Virus record (IMG/VR): IMGVR_UViG_2718217885_000013
Length of the DNA stretch: 45,686 nt
From: a virus
Taxonomy: Duplodnaviria > Heunggongvirae > Uroviricota > Caudoviricetes
Strand: one strand, 5' to 3'
Shown: piece by piece, positions 23,472 to 34,756 of the stretch
Position numbering within the stretch: position 1 is the first letter of the stretch
Layout of the letters: each line of letters begins with the position of its first letter
Notes under the pieces: model-generated
The model's input: the letters and a program-made list of their open reading frames with translations, nothing else
Database searches by the model: none
What the model was told of the DNA's origin: nothing
Translations under genes and position numbers: made by a program

Positions 23472-25383
23472 TCACTCCTCCGGACAGCTTCGCTGCCAGT
23501 TCTTTAAGGGTTGGCCGGGTCGTCTCTTCTTCCCGGGATTTTGCCAGTACAGCCAGATCAAGCTGCCAGCGTTGCACGGACACACGTAATGCCGCGTAGG
23601 CATACACCAGGCAGTCCAGCGCTTCGTTACGCCGCTTTTTGTTATCCCACAGCAGACGCATCTTTCCTTTTTCCCACTTCTCCACAAGCTCTTCCGCGAC
23701 CAGTTGCTGCGCCTCTGTCTGCGAAAAAATCTCCGGATCATCAGGAAAACGGATGGCATACGACGTGGCTTCATACACAGGCGTGGGATCGGCTTTCATA
23801 CGGGCATAGAGAATTTCTTTTGCGGTGTCCGTCCCCACTTCACACAGATACACGCCCCGCTGATTGCGGGTTTTTGGCATGGTGATCACCGGCTTGCCAT
23901 AGACAGATGCGCCTTTTATCGGCAGCACCCGGAAAACACCGTGTTTTTTTGACCTCTGATAAACGATTTCGCCATCGATCCCCCCGATGTCCCAGCAGAC
24001 ACGAGAAATAGTCATTTCGGTTCCGTCTGCATGGCGGTATTTTTTGTTGATCGCCGCATCCACACGTAACAGCGTCTCTTCCTCATCGGGACGCCCCATA
24101 ATGATGATTTTATCCACCAGAAAGGCTTCCTCTCCCGGAGCCCATCCCCAGACATACATCTCAAAACGGTTTCGCTGCGAGTCAATGCCCGCCGTCAGAT
24201 AAACCACCCGGGCAGGCACCGCCGCCGTGTAACGCACAACCTTATCCATCAGTACCTGGTGATCGAGTTTTTCGCCCACGGCCTCTTCCCAGGTCTCGCC
24301 CAGCGTGGTGTTCACAAAGGTTTTCAGGCCGTTGGGATCTTTCAGTGCATCCAGCCAGTCATAGACAATCTGTACCCATGTGGTGAACGGACTGTACGCC
24401 GTCCAGATATGGAAAGTGATGGAGCGCGGCGGCGGAATTTCATCACCCCGGGCGCTGAAAAACATCAGGCCGTCACGGGTCCACATGCCCGTGTTTTCAC
24501 AGATCCACCGCCCGTTACTCTGGTCAAGCTCAGACTGATGGATCACACAGCCATGATGCTCACAAAGGTAGAAAACACTTTCTGGCTTATTCTTCTCCCA
24601 CTTAAGACCGAAAGGCGAGGCATCATCGCCAAATTTCAGATACTGCTCCTCCCCACAGTGCGGACAGGGCACATAAAAACGCATGAAGTGTGCCGACTCG
24701 TTAGCGGCTTTTTCGATCTGGCAGGAGCCTTTGATTTTAGGCGTCGAGCCGCGAATGGATTTTGGCCATACAGAGCCCTCAATACGTTTATCCCCCAGCA
24801 GGGTTGGCGAACCCTCTTTTTCAACATCCGGTTCGAACGAGGAAAGCTCGTCATAACAGACCACATCCACGGATTTTTCACGGTAGTTTTTTGCTGCCGC
24901 ACCACCCAGACACCAGAACCCCACACCGGAGGAAAAACGCTTCAGGGTGAGCGTATTATCGCGGTGTTTTCTTCCGAACCATGGAGCCAGCTCCAGCAAT
25001 GCAGGAACATCCCTTATCGTTGGCTCAACATGAGATTTCATAAAATCTTCAGCAGCTGAGTCCGTGGGCTGAAAAAGAAGGCTGTTGCGTGATTTATGCT
25101 CAATAAAATAAGCCTCCACTCCCAGCAACATCTTTGTATAACCAACACGGGCAGATTTAATCAGGTTAACCGTGCGAATCAGATCGTTGCCCATACAGTT
25201 CATGATGCCAACCTGAAACGGCAGTGTTTCCCACCGCCCCGGGGTATAAGACGACTCTTTAGGAAGGTAATAATGTTTATTGGCCCACTGAACTGTCGTC
25301 AGTGGAACAGGAATAATGAGAGATAAAAGCCCTGTAGCTATCGCACCGGCTGCATTAGCTGCCTTCTGCGCGTCTGAAATCAT
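23455..25383 (-). CDS. A: Terminase large subunit A
   Basis: Lambda gpA-like throughout; start set at MISDAQ, which gives lambda-like N-terminal spacing; the track ORF extends to 25425. Confidence 0.9.
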
Positions 25384-25903
25384 CGATCCACCCGCCCACG
25401 TTTTCACCGGCCTTAGCTGCAACATTGGAGGCTTTCGCGATTTCAGTTTTCACCACATCAAGGTGTGATGGTGAAATGTCCGGATATTTACGCTGTAATG
25501 TCAACGGCACACGCACAAGTATCCCCGAAATCTCCTGTGCCACACGTTGCAGAATGAAGGTAAACAGTTCAGTTTCCAGCACTACTCCGTCTTCACGGGC
25601 ATTTTTCAGTTCCTGCGCATCTGCCTGCGCTTTTGTGAGCCTGTAGCGTTCATAGTCAATGGTGCCGGGTTGTAAATCTGACTCCGCTGCCGCACGCAAA
25701 TCGTCCAGTTCTTTGCGGAGCTTTTCGTTTTCGATATCAGTTTCCCTCTGCGCATACCACTGAATTGCCATGGCAGTATCAAATACAGATTCAATGCCCT
25801 TACTACCTTTGGAGGCGCAAGGGAGTCCCTGAGACTGCCAGCGTTCAATCGTCCGCGGGTCCACGTTGAAAATTTCGGCAAGCCTCTTTTTATTAACCTT
25901 CAT
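25355..25903 (-). CDS. nu1: Terminase small subunit Nu1
   Basis: 182 aa; [12 protein letters not shown]...EIENEKLR...[15 protein letters not shown] matches lambda Nu1. Confidence 0.95.
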
Positions 25904-26080
25904 GAAAACAACCCATTATCAAATACAAGGCCCGACATGAAAACGCCAGAAAAAGGCATTTTCGGACACTTTCATGTCGGACCTTTACGGATGAAATATT
26001 AAAAAAAAACAAAAAGTTATATTCGAGAAGTACCGACACGATTTTCCCTGAAAAATTTTCATAAATAGTGAAAAACCGCG

Positions 26081-26092
26081 AGGTCTCCGCCC
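26081..26092 (-). other. cosN cohesive-end site (12 nt); cosB probably lies between it and Nu1
   Basis: Minus-strand GGGCGGAGACCTCGCGGTTTTTCACTATTTATGAAAATTTTTCAGGG closely resembles the lambda cos sequence; 12-nt end GGGCGGAGACCT. Confidence 0.8.
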
Positions 26093-26291
26093 CGTAACCT
26101 GTCGGATCGCCGGAAAGGACCCACAAAATGATAATAATTATCATCTACATGTCACAACGTGCATCTACGCCATCAAACCACGTCAAATAATCAATTATGA
26201 CGCAGGTATCGTATTAATTGATCTGCATCAACTTAACGTAAAAACAACTTCAGACAATACAAATCAGCGACACTGAATACGGGGCAACCTC

Positions 26292-26486
26292 ATGTCAACT
26301 AAGAACAGAACCCGCAGAACAACAACCCGCAACATCCGCTTTCCTAACCAAATGATTGAACAAATTAACATCGCTCTTGAGCAAAAAGGGTCCGGGAATT
26401 TCTCAGCCTGGGTCATTGAAGCCTGCCGTCGGAGGCTAACGTCAGAAAAGAGAGCATATACATCAATTAAAAGTGATGAAGAATGA
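26292..26486 (+). CDS. ylcI: YlcI-like small protein (DUF3950-type)
   Basis: 64 aa; same position next to nu1/cos as ylcI in DLP12. Confidence 0.7.
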   Translation: MSTKNRTRRTTTRNIRFPNQMIEQINIALEQKGSGNFSAWVIEACRRRLTSEKRAYTSIKSDEE

Positions 26487-26657
26487 ACATCCCGCGTTCT
26501 TCCCTCCGAACAGGACGATATTGTAAATTCACTTAATTACGAGGGCATTGCAGTAATTGAGTTGCAGTTTTACCACTTTCCTGACAGTGACAGACTGCGT
26601 GTTGGCTCTGTCACAGGTTAAGTAGTTTGATCCTACCCACGTAATATGGACACAGGC

Positions 26658-27524
26658 CTAAGCGAGGTTCTTGTTTTCAAATTGTTCCGGACTGAGGCCG
26701 CCACACCAACTGTGCCGCCGCCACCGATTGTAATCACATTCGATATAATTAAACACCGTTGCCCGCATTATTTCCCGGCTGATAAAGTGTTCTCCATGGA
26801 TACATTCCACTTTCAGCGAATGAAAGAAGCTTTCCACGCAGGCATTATCGTAGCAGCAACCTTTTGCGCTCATACTTCCACGCAGATTATGCCGCTTCAG
26901 TTGCGCCTGATAATCTGCTGAACAGTACTGGCCTCCACGGTCCGTGTGAACGATAACGTTCCGGGGCCTCTTACGCCGCCACAGCGCCATCTGCAGGGCA
27001 TCGCAGGCCAGTTGCGCCGTCATGCGTGGCGACATTGACCAGCCAATAACGGCACGTGACCACAGGTCAATGACCACTGCCAGATACAGCCAGCCTTCAT
27101 CTGTACGTAAGTACGTGATGTCTCCTGCCCACTTCTGGTTCGGGCCACTGGCGTAAAAATCCTGCTCCAACAGATTTTCTGACACAGGCAGGCCGTGTGC
27201 GCGGTAGCTGACCGGGCTGAACTTCCGGGAGGCCTTTGCCCTCAGTCCCTGACGGCGCAGGCTTGCCGCCACGGTTTTTACGTTAAAGGGGTAACCCTGA
27301 GCACGCAGTTCATCCGTCAGGCGTGGGGCACCGTAACGCTGTTTTGACCGGGTAAAAGCCGCGAGGACAACGCTGTCGCAGTGTTGGCGGAACTGCTGAC
27401 GCGTGCTTATCCTTGTCCGCCGCTGACACCACGTATACCAGCCGCTGCGGGCCACCCGGAGCACGCGGCACATTGCTTTGATGCTGAACTCAGCCTGATG
27501 TTTTTCAATAAAGACATACTTCAT
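26658..27524 (-). CDS. insF: IS3 transposase OrfB (InsF)
   Basis: 288-aa DDE integrase-type translation recognised as IS3 InsF. Confidence 0.9.
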
Positions 27525-27820
27525 TTCAGGCGCTTCGCGAAGTATGTCGCGGCCTTTTGGAGGATAGCCAGCTCTTCATCCCGTTCTGCCAGCTGGCGTT
27601 TGAGACGTGCAATCTCGGTAGACATCTCCAGTTCACGTTCAGAAGACGTCTGCTGATTTTGCTGTTTACTGCGCCAGTTGTAGAGTTGTGATTCATACAG
27701 GCTGAGTTCACGGGCTGCGGCAGTAACACCGATGCGTTCAGCAAGCTTCAGGGCTTCACTGCGAAATTCAGGCGAATGCTGTTTACGGGGTTTTTTACTG
27801 GTTGATACTGTTTTTGTCAT
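27521..27820 (-). CDS. insE: IS3 transposase OrfA (InsE)
   Basis: 99 aa from [25 protein letters not shown]; HTH; overlaps insF in the -1 frame. Confidence 0.9.
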
Positions 27821-27911
27821 GTGAGTCACCTCTGACTGAGAGTTTACTCACTTAGCCGCGTGTCCACTATTGCTGGGTAAGATCAGTTTGAATGATTAGC
27901 AGTTATGGTGA

Positions 27912-28118
27912 TCAGTCAACCACCAGGGAATAATCCTTCATATTATTATCGTGCTTCACCAACGCTGCCTCAATTGCCCTGAATGCTTCCAGAGACACCT
28001 TATGTTCTATACATGCAATTACAACATCAGGGTAACTCATAGAAATGGTGCTATTAAGCATATTTTTTACACGAATCAGATCCACGGAGGGATCATCAGC
28101 AGATTGTTCTTTATTCAT
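27912..28118 (-). CDS. ybcW: YbcW-like small protein
   Basis: 68-aa ORF at the DLP12 ybcW position; assigned by position and length only. Confidence 0.55.
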
Positions 28119-28403
28119 TTTGTCGCTCCATGCGCTTGCTCTTCATCTAGCGGTTAAAATATTACTTCAAATCTTTCTGTATGAAGGTTTGAGCACGTTG
28201 GCCTTACATACATCTGTCGGTTGTATTTCCCTCCAGAATGCCAGCAGGACCGCACTTTGTTACGCAACCAATACTATTAATTGAAAACATTCCTAATATT
28301 TGACATAAATCATCAACAAAACACAAAGAGGTCAGACCAGATTGAAGCGATAAAAACGATAATGCAAACTACGCGCCCTCGTATCACATGGAAGGTTTTA
28401 CCA

Positions 28404-28814
28404 ATGGCTCAGGTTGCCATTTTTAAAGAAATATTCGATCAAGTGCGAAAAGATTTAAACTGTGAATTGTTTTATTCTGAACTAAAACGTCACAATGTCT
28501 CACATTATATTTACTATCTAGCCACAGATAATATTCACATTGTGTTAGAAAACGATAACACCGTGTTAATAAAAGGACTTAAAAAGGTTGTAAATGTTAA
28601 ATTCTCAAGAAATACGCATCTTATAGAAACGTCCTATGATAGGTTGAAATCAAGAGAAATCACATTTCAGCAGTACAGGGAAAATCTTGCTAAAGCAGGA
28701 GTTTTCCGATGGATTACAAATATCCACGAACATAAAAGATATTACTATACCTTTGATAATTCATTACTATTTACTGAGAGCATTCAGAACACTACACAAA
28801 TCTTTCCACGCTAA
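28404..28814 (+). CDS. ybcV: YbcV-like protein (DUF1398-type)
   Basis: 136 aa from [18 protein letters not shown]; the track ORF is extended upstream by a TTG. Confidence 0.7.
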   Translation: MAQVAIFKEIFDQVRKDLNCELFYSELKRHNVSHYIYYLATDNIHIVLENDNTVLIKGLKKVVNVKFSRNTHLIETSYDRLKSREITFQQYRENLAKAGVFRWITNIHEHKRYYYTFDNSLLFTESIQNTTQIFPR

Positions 28815-29104
28815 ATCATAACGTCCGGTTTCTTCCGTGTCAGCACCGGGGTGTTGGCATAATACAATACATGTACGCGCTAAACCCTGTGTGCATCGTT
28901 TTTAATTATTCCCGGACACTCCCGCAGAGAAGTTCCCCGTCAGGGCTGTGGACATAGTTAATCCGGGAATACAATGACGATTCATCGCACCTGGCATACA
29001 TTAATAAATATTAACAATATGAAATTTCAACTCATTGTTTAGGGTTTGTTTAATTTTCTACACATACGATTCTGCGAACTTCAAAAAGCATCGGGAATAA
29101 CACC

Positions 29105-29398
29105 ATGAAAAAAATGCTACTCGCTACTGCGCTGGCCCTGCTTATTACAGGATGTGCTCAACAGACATTTACTGTTCAAAACAAACAGACAGCAGTAGCA
29201 CCAAAGGAAACCATCACCCATCATTTCTTCGTTTCTGGAATTGGGCAGAAGAAAACTGTCGATGCAGCTAAAATTTGTGGCGGCGCAGAAAATGTTGTTA
29301 AAACAGAAACCCAGCAAACATTCGTAAATGGATTGCTCGGTTTTATTACTTTAGGCATTTATACTCCGCTGGAAGCGCGTGTGTATTGCTCAAAATAA
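29105..29398 (+). CDS. bor: Bor lipoprotein (serum-resistance factor)
   Basis: 97 aa with lipobox LITGC; matches lambda Bor. Confidence 0.9.
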   Translation: MKKMLLATALALLITGCAQQTFTVQNKQTAVAPKETITHHFFVSGIGQKKTVDAAKICGGAENVVKTETQQTFVNGLLGFITLGIYTPLEARVYCSK

Positions 29399-29429
29399 TT
29401 GCATGAGTTGCCCATCGATATGGTCAGCT

Positions 29430-29891
29430 CTATCTGCACTGCTCATTAATATACTTCTGGGTTCCTTCCAGTTGTTTTTGCATAGTGATCAGCCTCTCTC
29501 TGAGGGTGAAATAATCCCGTTCAGCGGTGTCTGCCAGTCGGGGGGAGGCTGCATTATCCACGCCGGAGGCCGTGGTGGCTTCACGCACTGACTGACAGAC
29601 TGCTTTGATGTGCAACCGACGACGACCAGCGGCAACATCATCACGCAGAGCATCATTTTCAGCTTTCGCATCAGCTAACTCCTTCGTGTATTTTGCATCG
29701 AGCGCAGCAACATCACGCTGACGCATCTGCATGTCAGTAATTGCCGCGTTCGCTAGCTTCAGTTCTCTGGCATTTTTGTCGCGCTGGACTTTGTAGGCGA
29801 TTGCGTTATCACGGTAATGATTGACCGCCCATGACAGGCTGACGATGATGCAGATAATCAGAGCGGATATAATCGCGGTTACTCTGCTCAC
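29430..29891 (-). CDS. Rz: Spanin inner-membrane subunit Rz (i-spanin)
   Basis: Near-identical to lambda Rz from [10 protein letters not shown]; GTG start overlapping the R stop (GTGA). Confidence 0.85.
29489..29671 (-). CDS. Rz1: Spanin outer-membrane lipoprotein Rz1 (o-spanin), embedded in Rz in the +1 frame
   Basis: 60 aa; [49 protein letters not shown] matches lambda Rz1. Confidence 0.9.
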   Translation of the reverse strand: MRKLKMMLCVMMLPLVVVGCTSKQSVSQCVKPPRPPAWIMQPPPDWQTPLNGIISPSERG

Positions 29892-30385
29892 TGTTGCCCC
29901 CACAAACAGACTTCACGCTCAATCTCACGACGAGTCATCAGGCCTTTCCATTGCTTACCGCCAGCGTATGTCCAGCGACGCAGCTGATCACATGCGCCTT
30001 TGATATCGCCCTGGTTTATTTTGCGAAGAAGCGTCGATGTTCTAAAATTGCCAGCACCCACGTTGTAAACGAATGAGTAAAGAGCACCGCGCGTTGTTTC
30101 CGGTATATCGACTTTGATATACGGGTTAATTTGTCTGGCGACAGTGGCAAGGTCTTTATTCAAGAGTGCTTTGCATTCTGCTTTGGTATACGTTTTACCG
30201 AGCATGATGTCTTTTCCGGTGTGTCCGTGACATACAGTCCATACACCAACAATATCTTTGTATGGTATGTAGCTGACACCTTCCAGACCATCGTTACCAC
30301 TTGGGCCAGTGATTAACACTGATGCTATAGCAATTGCTCCGCCACCAATAGCAGCAGCAACGGCTTTTCGTAATGATGGAGGCAT
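29888..30385 (-). CDS. R: SAR endolysin (T4-lysozyme-type, phage 21 R-like)
   Basis: 165 aa; weakly hydrophobic Gly/Ala-rich N-terminal signal-anchor-release segment followed by a lysozyme domain. Confidence 0.9.
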
Positions 30386-30600
30386 TATTCACCTCTCGCA
30401 GCCTTGCGCTTATCTTCTTTAATCTTGAAATAAAGGTTTGTCAGGTACGTCAGCAGGCCAAATACCAGGCTACCCAGCACACCTATTGCTGCCCACTGTG
30501 AGGGAGTGACTTTATCGAGCAGCTGTAAAAACCAGTAACCGGCACTACCTGCTGAGGTGCCATAGGCGACTCCAGTTGTTAACTTATCCATGAATTTCAT
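30385..30600 (-). CDS. S: Pinholin S (phage 21-type) with dual-start motif MKFM
   Basis: 71 aa from [26 protein letters not shown]; two transmembrane segments; GAGGTGGGG Shine-Dalgarno; the track ORF extends 15 codons upstream. Confidence 0.85.
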
Positions 30601-31188
30601 AACCCCACCTCGCAGACAAAGCGGGTGTAAATTGAGGGAATACAACGTATCGCAAAAAAGCAGAAACGTAACTGACTCCGAGTCAGTGAATAACTCAGGT
30701 ATTGAGTTATCAGCTAATATCGAGACTCAAAAAATGGAAAAACCAGCTCGACGGCGGGTTTAAGCTGTGTGACGAAGTAACCACTCTTAACAGCATAACC
30801 AATTTTTTACGTACGTAAACCACTGAATGATATTTATGAGAATGCTACCGAGTGTTCAAAACATCACCACAAATACATAAGAAAACTTCAACAAATAACC
30901 AATAAATAATTTCCAGTGTTATTTTTAGCTGGTTTAAATTAAACAGACGAATTATAGAACCACCATAAATAACAGCCATTAATATAAATTAGCTAATAGA
31001 TTTATTTTTGTTCAAATAAGAGCCATAAATAGGTTTCGATAGAAAAAGTTCAGATAAAAATAGAGATCTACTTCACAAATTAAATGAGAAACTAAAACTT
31101 ACATCTTGAAATAATCACATTGATTAGATGAATATTTATCGCGCAGTGACATCATTTTTTAATAATAGTTCAAAAAAAAGGGCTCACG

Positions 31189-32286
31189 ATGAAAAAATTA
31201 ACAGTGGCAATTTCTGCTGTAGCTGCATCAGTACTGATGGCGATGTCTGCTCAGGCAGCTGAAATTTATAATAAAGACAGTAACAAGCTGGATCTGTACG
31301 GGAAAGTTAATGCCAAGCACTACTTTTCCTCTAACGATGCAGATGATGGTGATACTACTTATGTTCGTCTGGGCTTCAAAGGCGAAACCCAAATCAACGA
31401 TCAGCTGACTGGTTTCGGTCAGTGGGAATATGAATTCAAAGGCAACCGCGCTGAATCTCAAGGTTCCTCCAAAGACAAAACCCGTCTTGCATTTGCAGGC
31501 CTGAAATTCGGTGACTACGGCTCAATCGATTACGGCCGTAACTACGGTGTAGCATACGACATCGGTGCGTGGACTGACGTTCTGCCAGAATTCGGTGGCG
31601 ATACCTGGACCCAAACAGATGTGTTCATGACTGGTCGCACCACTGGTGTTGCAACCTATCGTAACAACGACTTCTTTGGTCTGGTTGATGGTCTGAACTT
31701 TGCTGCTCAGTACCAAGGCAAAAACGATCGTAGCGATTTCGATAACTACACCGAAGGTAACGGTGATGGCTTCGGTTTCTCTGCTACCTATGAATACGAA
31801 GGATTCGGTATCGGTGCAACTTATGCGAAATCTGATCGTACCGACACTCAAGTTAATGCAGGGAAAGTTCTTCCTGAAGTATTTGCTTCCGGTAAAAATG
31901 CAGAAGTTTGGGCCGCAGGTCTGAAATATGACGCTAACAACATTTACCTGGCCACTACCTATTCTGAAACCCAGAATATGACTGTATTTGCTGATCACTT
32001 CGTTGCTAATAAAGCTCAAAACTTCGAAGCTGTTGCACAATATCAGTTCGATTTCGGTCTGCGTCCGTCCGTTGCTTACCTGCAATCTAAAGGTAAGGAT
32101 CTTGGAGTATGGGGCGATCAGGACTTAGTCAAATATGTTGATGTAGGTGCAACCTATTACTTCAACAAAAATATGTCTACTTTCGTTGATTACAAAATCA
32201 ACCTGCTTGACAAAAATGACTTCACTAAAGCACTCGGTGTAAGCACTGATGACATCGTTGCTGTAGGTCTGGTTTACCAGTTCTAA
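31189..32286 (+). CDS. nmpC: Outer membrane porin NmpC (OmpC/OmpF/PhoE family), full length
   Basis: 365 aa with signal peptide and general-porin sequence ending in YQF; sits between Q and S, antisense to the late operon. Confidence 0.9.
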   Translation: MKKLTVAISAVAASVLMAMSAQAAEIYNKDSNKLDLYGKVNAKHYFSSNDADDGDTTYVRLGFKGETQINDQLTGFGQWEYEFKGNRAESQGSSKDKTRLAFAGLKFGDYGSIDYGRNYGVAYDIGAWTDVLPEFGGDTWTQTDVFMTGRTTGVATYRNNDFFGLVDGLNFAAQYQGKNDRSDFDNYTEGNGDGFGFSATYEYEGFGIGATYAKSDRTDTQVNAGKVLPEVFASGKNAEVWAAGLKYDANNIYLATTYSETQNMTVFADHFVANKAQNFEAVAQYQFDFGLRPSVAYLQSKGKDLGVWGDQDLVKYVDVGATYYFNKNMSTFVDYKINLLDKNDFTKALGVSTDDIVAVGLVYQF

Positions 32287-32294
32287 TCTGATTA

Positions 32295-32336
32295 CGAAAA
32301 AGATATGTTGCGGGAGGCTTTGCCTCCCCAACATAT
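32295..32336 (-). terminator. Intrinsic terminator on the late-operon strand about 140 nt downstream of Q (tR'-like)
   Basis: Minus strand: imperfect 16-bp stem (ATATGTTG.GGGAGGC / GCCTCCC.CAACATAT) followed by CUUUUUCG. Confidence 0.5.
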
Positions 32337-32423
32337 AAGTGGCTCCCTCAAGCCACTTCCTTTAGGAGCACAACCTTGCTTCTAACTATATAAACCTTCT
32401 GTTATATATTACCCTTTATTTTT

Positions 32424-32448
32424 GGGGGCGTTGCAACGCCCCATTTTT
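32424..32448 (+). terminator. Intrinsic terminator on the nmpC strand
   Basis: GGGGCGTTGCAACGCCCC followed by ATTTTT. Confidence 0.55.
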
Positions 32449-32475
32449 AATAACTTTTAGTAAACAACTGGCATA

Positions 32476-32859
32476 TTAATTAGAGTTATTAACAACGATA
32501 TCCATCTCTAACCGGATATCTAATGCCATTAACATCCCTTCAATTATACCCTCAGCCTTCTGTAACCTTTTCCCGATATAACCATCAGAGCAGCAATGCT
32601 TACCTGCCAGTGACATGAATGTCATACCGACTACATAATAATCTACTAATAAATCGTGCAAATCGCTGTTGTTCTTTTTCAGACGGGCCATGCACCCGCA
32701 AATGATCATCGCGTCATCGTCACAACATTGCGGGCGAGATTTTACTTTTGAAGTAATTAATCCCTTAAAACCGGCGGCAATGGACGACCAGGTCACATCT
32801 TCATGATTATTAGCCGCCCACGCTCCCCAACGCTCAAGAACCATCTGAATATCACGCAT
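32476..32859 (-). CDS. quuD: Late-gene antiterminator Q (DLP12 QuuD / phage 82 Q type)
   Basis: 127 aa from [18 protein letters not shown]; Cys-rich zinc-binding region; directly upstream of the late/lysis region. Confidence 0.85.
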   Translation of the reverse strand: MRDIQMVLERWGAWAANNHEDVTWSSIAAGFKGLITSKVKSRPQCCDDDAMIICGCMARLKKNNSDLHDLLVDYYVVGMTFMSLAGKHCCSDGYIGKRLQKAEGIIEGMLMALDIRLEMDIVVNNSN

Positions 32860-32944
32860 CAACTTACTCCACAAAAATCAGACCAAAACGCCAATTACAA
32901 GCAAAAATCAACAAAACAGTATTAGTTGATTGTTATCTCTGACT

Positions 32945-33067
32945 TCATACTCCTGCTCCTGTCAGGGTTTTGGCGTAACTCTTCAGTATTCGGTAATCGG
33001 TCAAAACAGAACCGGGGAAACGATATAAGCGCAGGCGCACCCAGCGGCGGCGAAGACGTTCTGCCAT
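32945..33067 (-). CDS. Small basic ORF (40 aa) in the ylcG position between rusA and Q
   Basis: ATG-initiated ORF MAERLRRRWVRLRLYRFPGSVLTDYRILKSYAKTLTGAGV read by hand; no clear Shine-Dalgarno. Confidence 0.3.
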   Translation of the reverse strand: MAERLRRRWVRLRLYRFPGSVLTDYRILKSYAKTLTGAGV

Positions 33068-33081
33068 ATAAGACTCAAACA

Positions 33082-33444
33082 TCATTCATCTCCCAGTTCA
33101 GTGATGGTCAGTTCCAGCCTCCCACCTTTGGTAACAGGCATCTTCACAACGCGGTAATCAACGACCTGAGCATCATCCAGCCAGAAACCTGCTTTGGTGA
33201 GTGCGTCAAAAGAGGCTTTTTGTAGATTATCCAGGTCACGGCGACGGCGATCCGGCATGTGGCACTCAATGCGGATTTTCACAGGCATAGCCAGACCGAT
33301 ATCCAGCATTGAGCCTTTAATGATTCGGGCGACGTTATCGCGGTATGCCTGCCCTTCTGCGCTGATGTGCGTGCGCCCTCGATTATGGCGGTAGTAGCGG
33401 TTATTGCTCGGCGGCCAGGGTAGTGTGATGTGGTAAGTATTCAC
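33082..33444 (-). CDS. rusA: Holliday junction resolvase RusA
   Basis: 120 aa; [26 protein letters not shown] matches RusA. Confidence 0.95.
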   Translation of the reverse strand: MNTYHITLPWPPSNNRYYRHNRGRTHISAEGQAYRDNVARIIKGSMLDIGLAMPVKIRIECHMPDRRRRDLDNLQKASFDALTKAGFWLDDAQVVDYRVVKMPVTKGGRLELTITELGDE

Positions 33445-33731
33445 GCCTTAATTACCCCCTCTTTCAGCCAGATAACCTGCGTTCTCGCCATACCTTCCAG
33501 CGCGCATTCTTTTGCATATCCAGCGTCAACAAAATGCGTGCGGCGGTCGATTTCGTCGTGGCAGGCAGAACATGCAATGGTGGCAATCAGGTCTGGCGGT
33601 TTCGTACCGGTGCCGCACAATCCAGTCAGCCGGATATGTGCCAGTACAGACGTTTCAGGGTTGCCATTACATACGCCAGGGATTCTTACCTGGCATTCCC
33701 GACCACGCGCTGCTTTTCTCAAATCAGCCAT
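33441..33731 (-). CDS. ybcO: YbcO-like protein (DUF1364-type, Cys-rich, putative nuclease)
   Basis: 96 aa from [23 protein letters not shown]; the track ORF extends 13 codons upstream. Confidence 0.8.
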   Translation of the reverse strand: MADLRKAARGRECQVRIPGVCNGNPETSVLAHIRLTGLCGTGTKPPDLIATIACSACHDEIDRRTHFVDAGYAKECALEGMARTQVIWLKEGVIKA

Positions 33732-33894
33732 GATTCCTCCTTGCTGCCAGTCGCAACCATTTTTTATCAACCAGGCTAGCGGTATATCCGAGCAGTGTTG
33801 GTATTTCGGATGGCTTCAGCTCAGGTTTACGCTTACGACGATTTGGTACTTTGTAGATGTGTCCGTTCATGACACGAATAAGCGGTGTAGCCAT
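33724..33894 (-). CDS. ninE: NinE-like protein
   Basis: 56-aa ORF translated by hand ([56 protein letters not shown]); tightly coupled to ybcN (TAATG) and ybcO (ATGGCTGA); below the track cutoff. Confidence 0.75.
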   Translation of the reverse strand: MATPLIRVMNGHIYKVPNRRKRKPELKPSEIPTLLGYTASLVDKKWLRLAARRNHG

Positions 33895-34349
33895 TACGCC
33901 TCCTGCTTGTCGCGCAGCAGCTGGAACTCGCAGCTCTGCGGAATAGTCAGGTGGCAGCCAATATTCATCGCCCAGGCTTCAACCTTACACAGGAAGACAT
34001 ACATCTCTCCGGTATCAAGATCGGAGGTATGGCGTAACGACTGGATAGTAGTGATTTCGCCGGTTACGACATCAACCAGGTCCTTGGTTTCATAACCGAG
34101 GTATGTGTGTTTGAGAGCATCTTTTACCCATGCTGCGGTAGCGAACGATTTCCCCCTGCTGATGAGGTATTCACTGATTTCGCTGTACCACATGTGGCTG
34201 AGTGCATTCTGGGAAAGACTGCGTCTCTCTCGCCACGGTTTAAGCACCATGCGAAAGCATTTGCCGTCTTCCAGATAAGGCTGGATCTGCTGACCGATAG
34301 CGGTGAAGTTACCGCGATGCAATTTGATGCCATCTTGTGGGAGGTTCAC
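33894..34349 (-). CDS. ybcN: YbcN-like protein (DUF1367-type)
   Basis: 151 aa; GTG start preceded by a GGAGGTG Shine-Dalgarno. Confidence 0.8.
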   Translation of the reverse strand: MNLPQDGIKLHRGNFTAIGQQIQPYLEDGKCFRMVLKPWRERRSLSQNALSHMWYSEISEYLISRGKSFATAAWVKDALKHTYLGYETKDLVDVVTGEITTIQSLRHTSDLDTGEMYVFLCKVEAWAMNIGCHLTIPQSCEFQLLRDKQEA

Positions 34350-34555
34350 GCTTCACCTCCACAGAGGTCAAACGCTAGATGCAAAGAATTGCAGGTGCAT
34401 TTCTGCATCTGTGAAAGGAGAAGATAGTTTGGATTGTATGTGCGCATAAACGTCCCCGTTTAGCGCAGAAGTCACCGGAGTTGTTCAGGCTCCGATTACT
34501 TAATTATGGCAAGTTGATTATCGCAAATCAAAGGTTTTAATTGTGCTTTATTCTT

Positions 34556-34756
34556 TCAAGCGTTTCCTTCATACCAAAGCCTATAAAGTTTTTCTTCTTC
34601 GTTTGGGTTAATAGGCTCACCATGTTTTAATTTTTCAGTGTACAAAATTGTTGAACAAATCGCGGAAGTTAATCCAGTGATCGCCATCTGCTGCAGATCG
34701 GATTTTTGTGTCCCCCCCAACAGACGATCTCCCATCCATGTAATAATTGTATCCAT
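34556..34756 (-). CDS. Hypothetical 66-aa protein in the moron slot
   Basis: ORF only; no family recognised; preceded on its strand by about 300 nt with no ORF. Confidence 0.35.
   Translation of the reverse strand: MDTIITWMGDRLLGGTQKSDLQQMAITGLTSAICSTILYTEKLKHGEPINPNEEEKLYRLWYEGNA

Larger units (their letters stand above)
26628..27885 (-). mobile_element. IS3: Insertion sequence IS3, complete, 1258 bp
   Basis: Terminal inverted repeats TGATCCTACCCACGTAATATGG... and ...CAATAGTGGACACGCGGCTAAGTGAGTAAACTCTCAGTCAGAGG / TGATCTTACCCAGC; insE/insF inside; flanked by a 3-bp direct repeat GTT (26625-26627 and 27886-27888). Confidence 0.9.

Noticed and set aside
28281-28403. Upstream 41-codon extension of the ybcV ORF
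   Set aside because: Extension begins at a TTG; the ATG at 28404 with a GGAAGG Shine-Dalgarno gives the expected 136-aa YbcV-like protein
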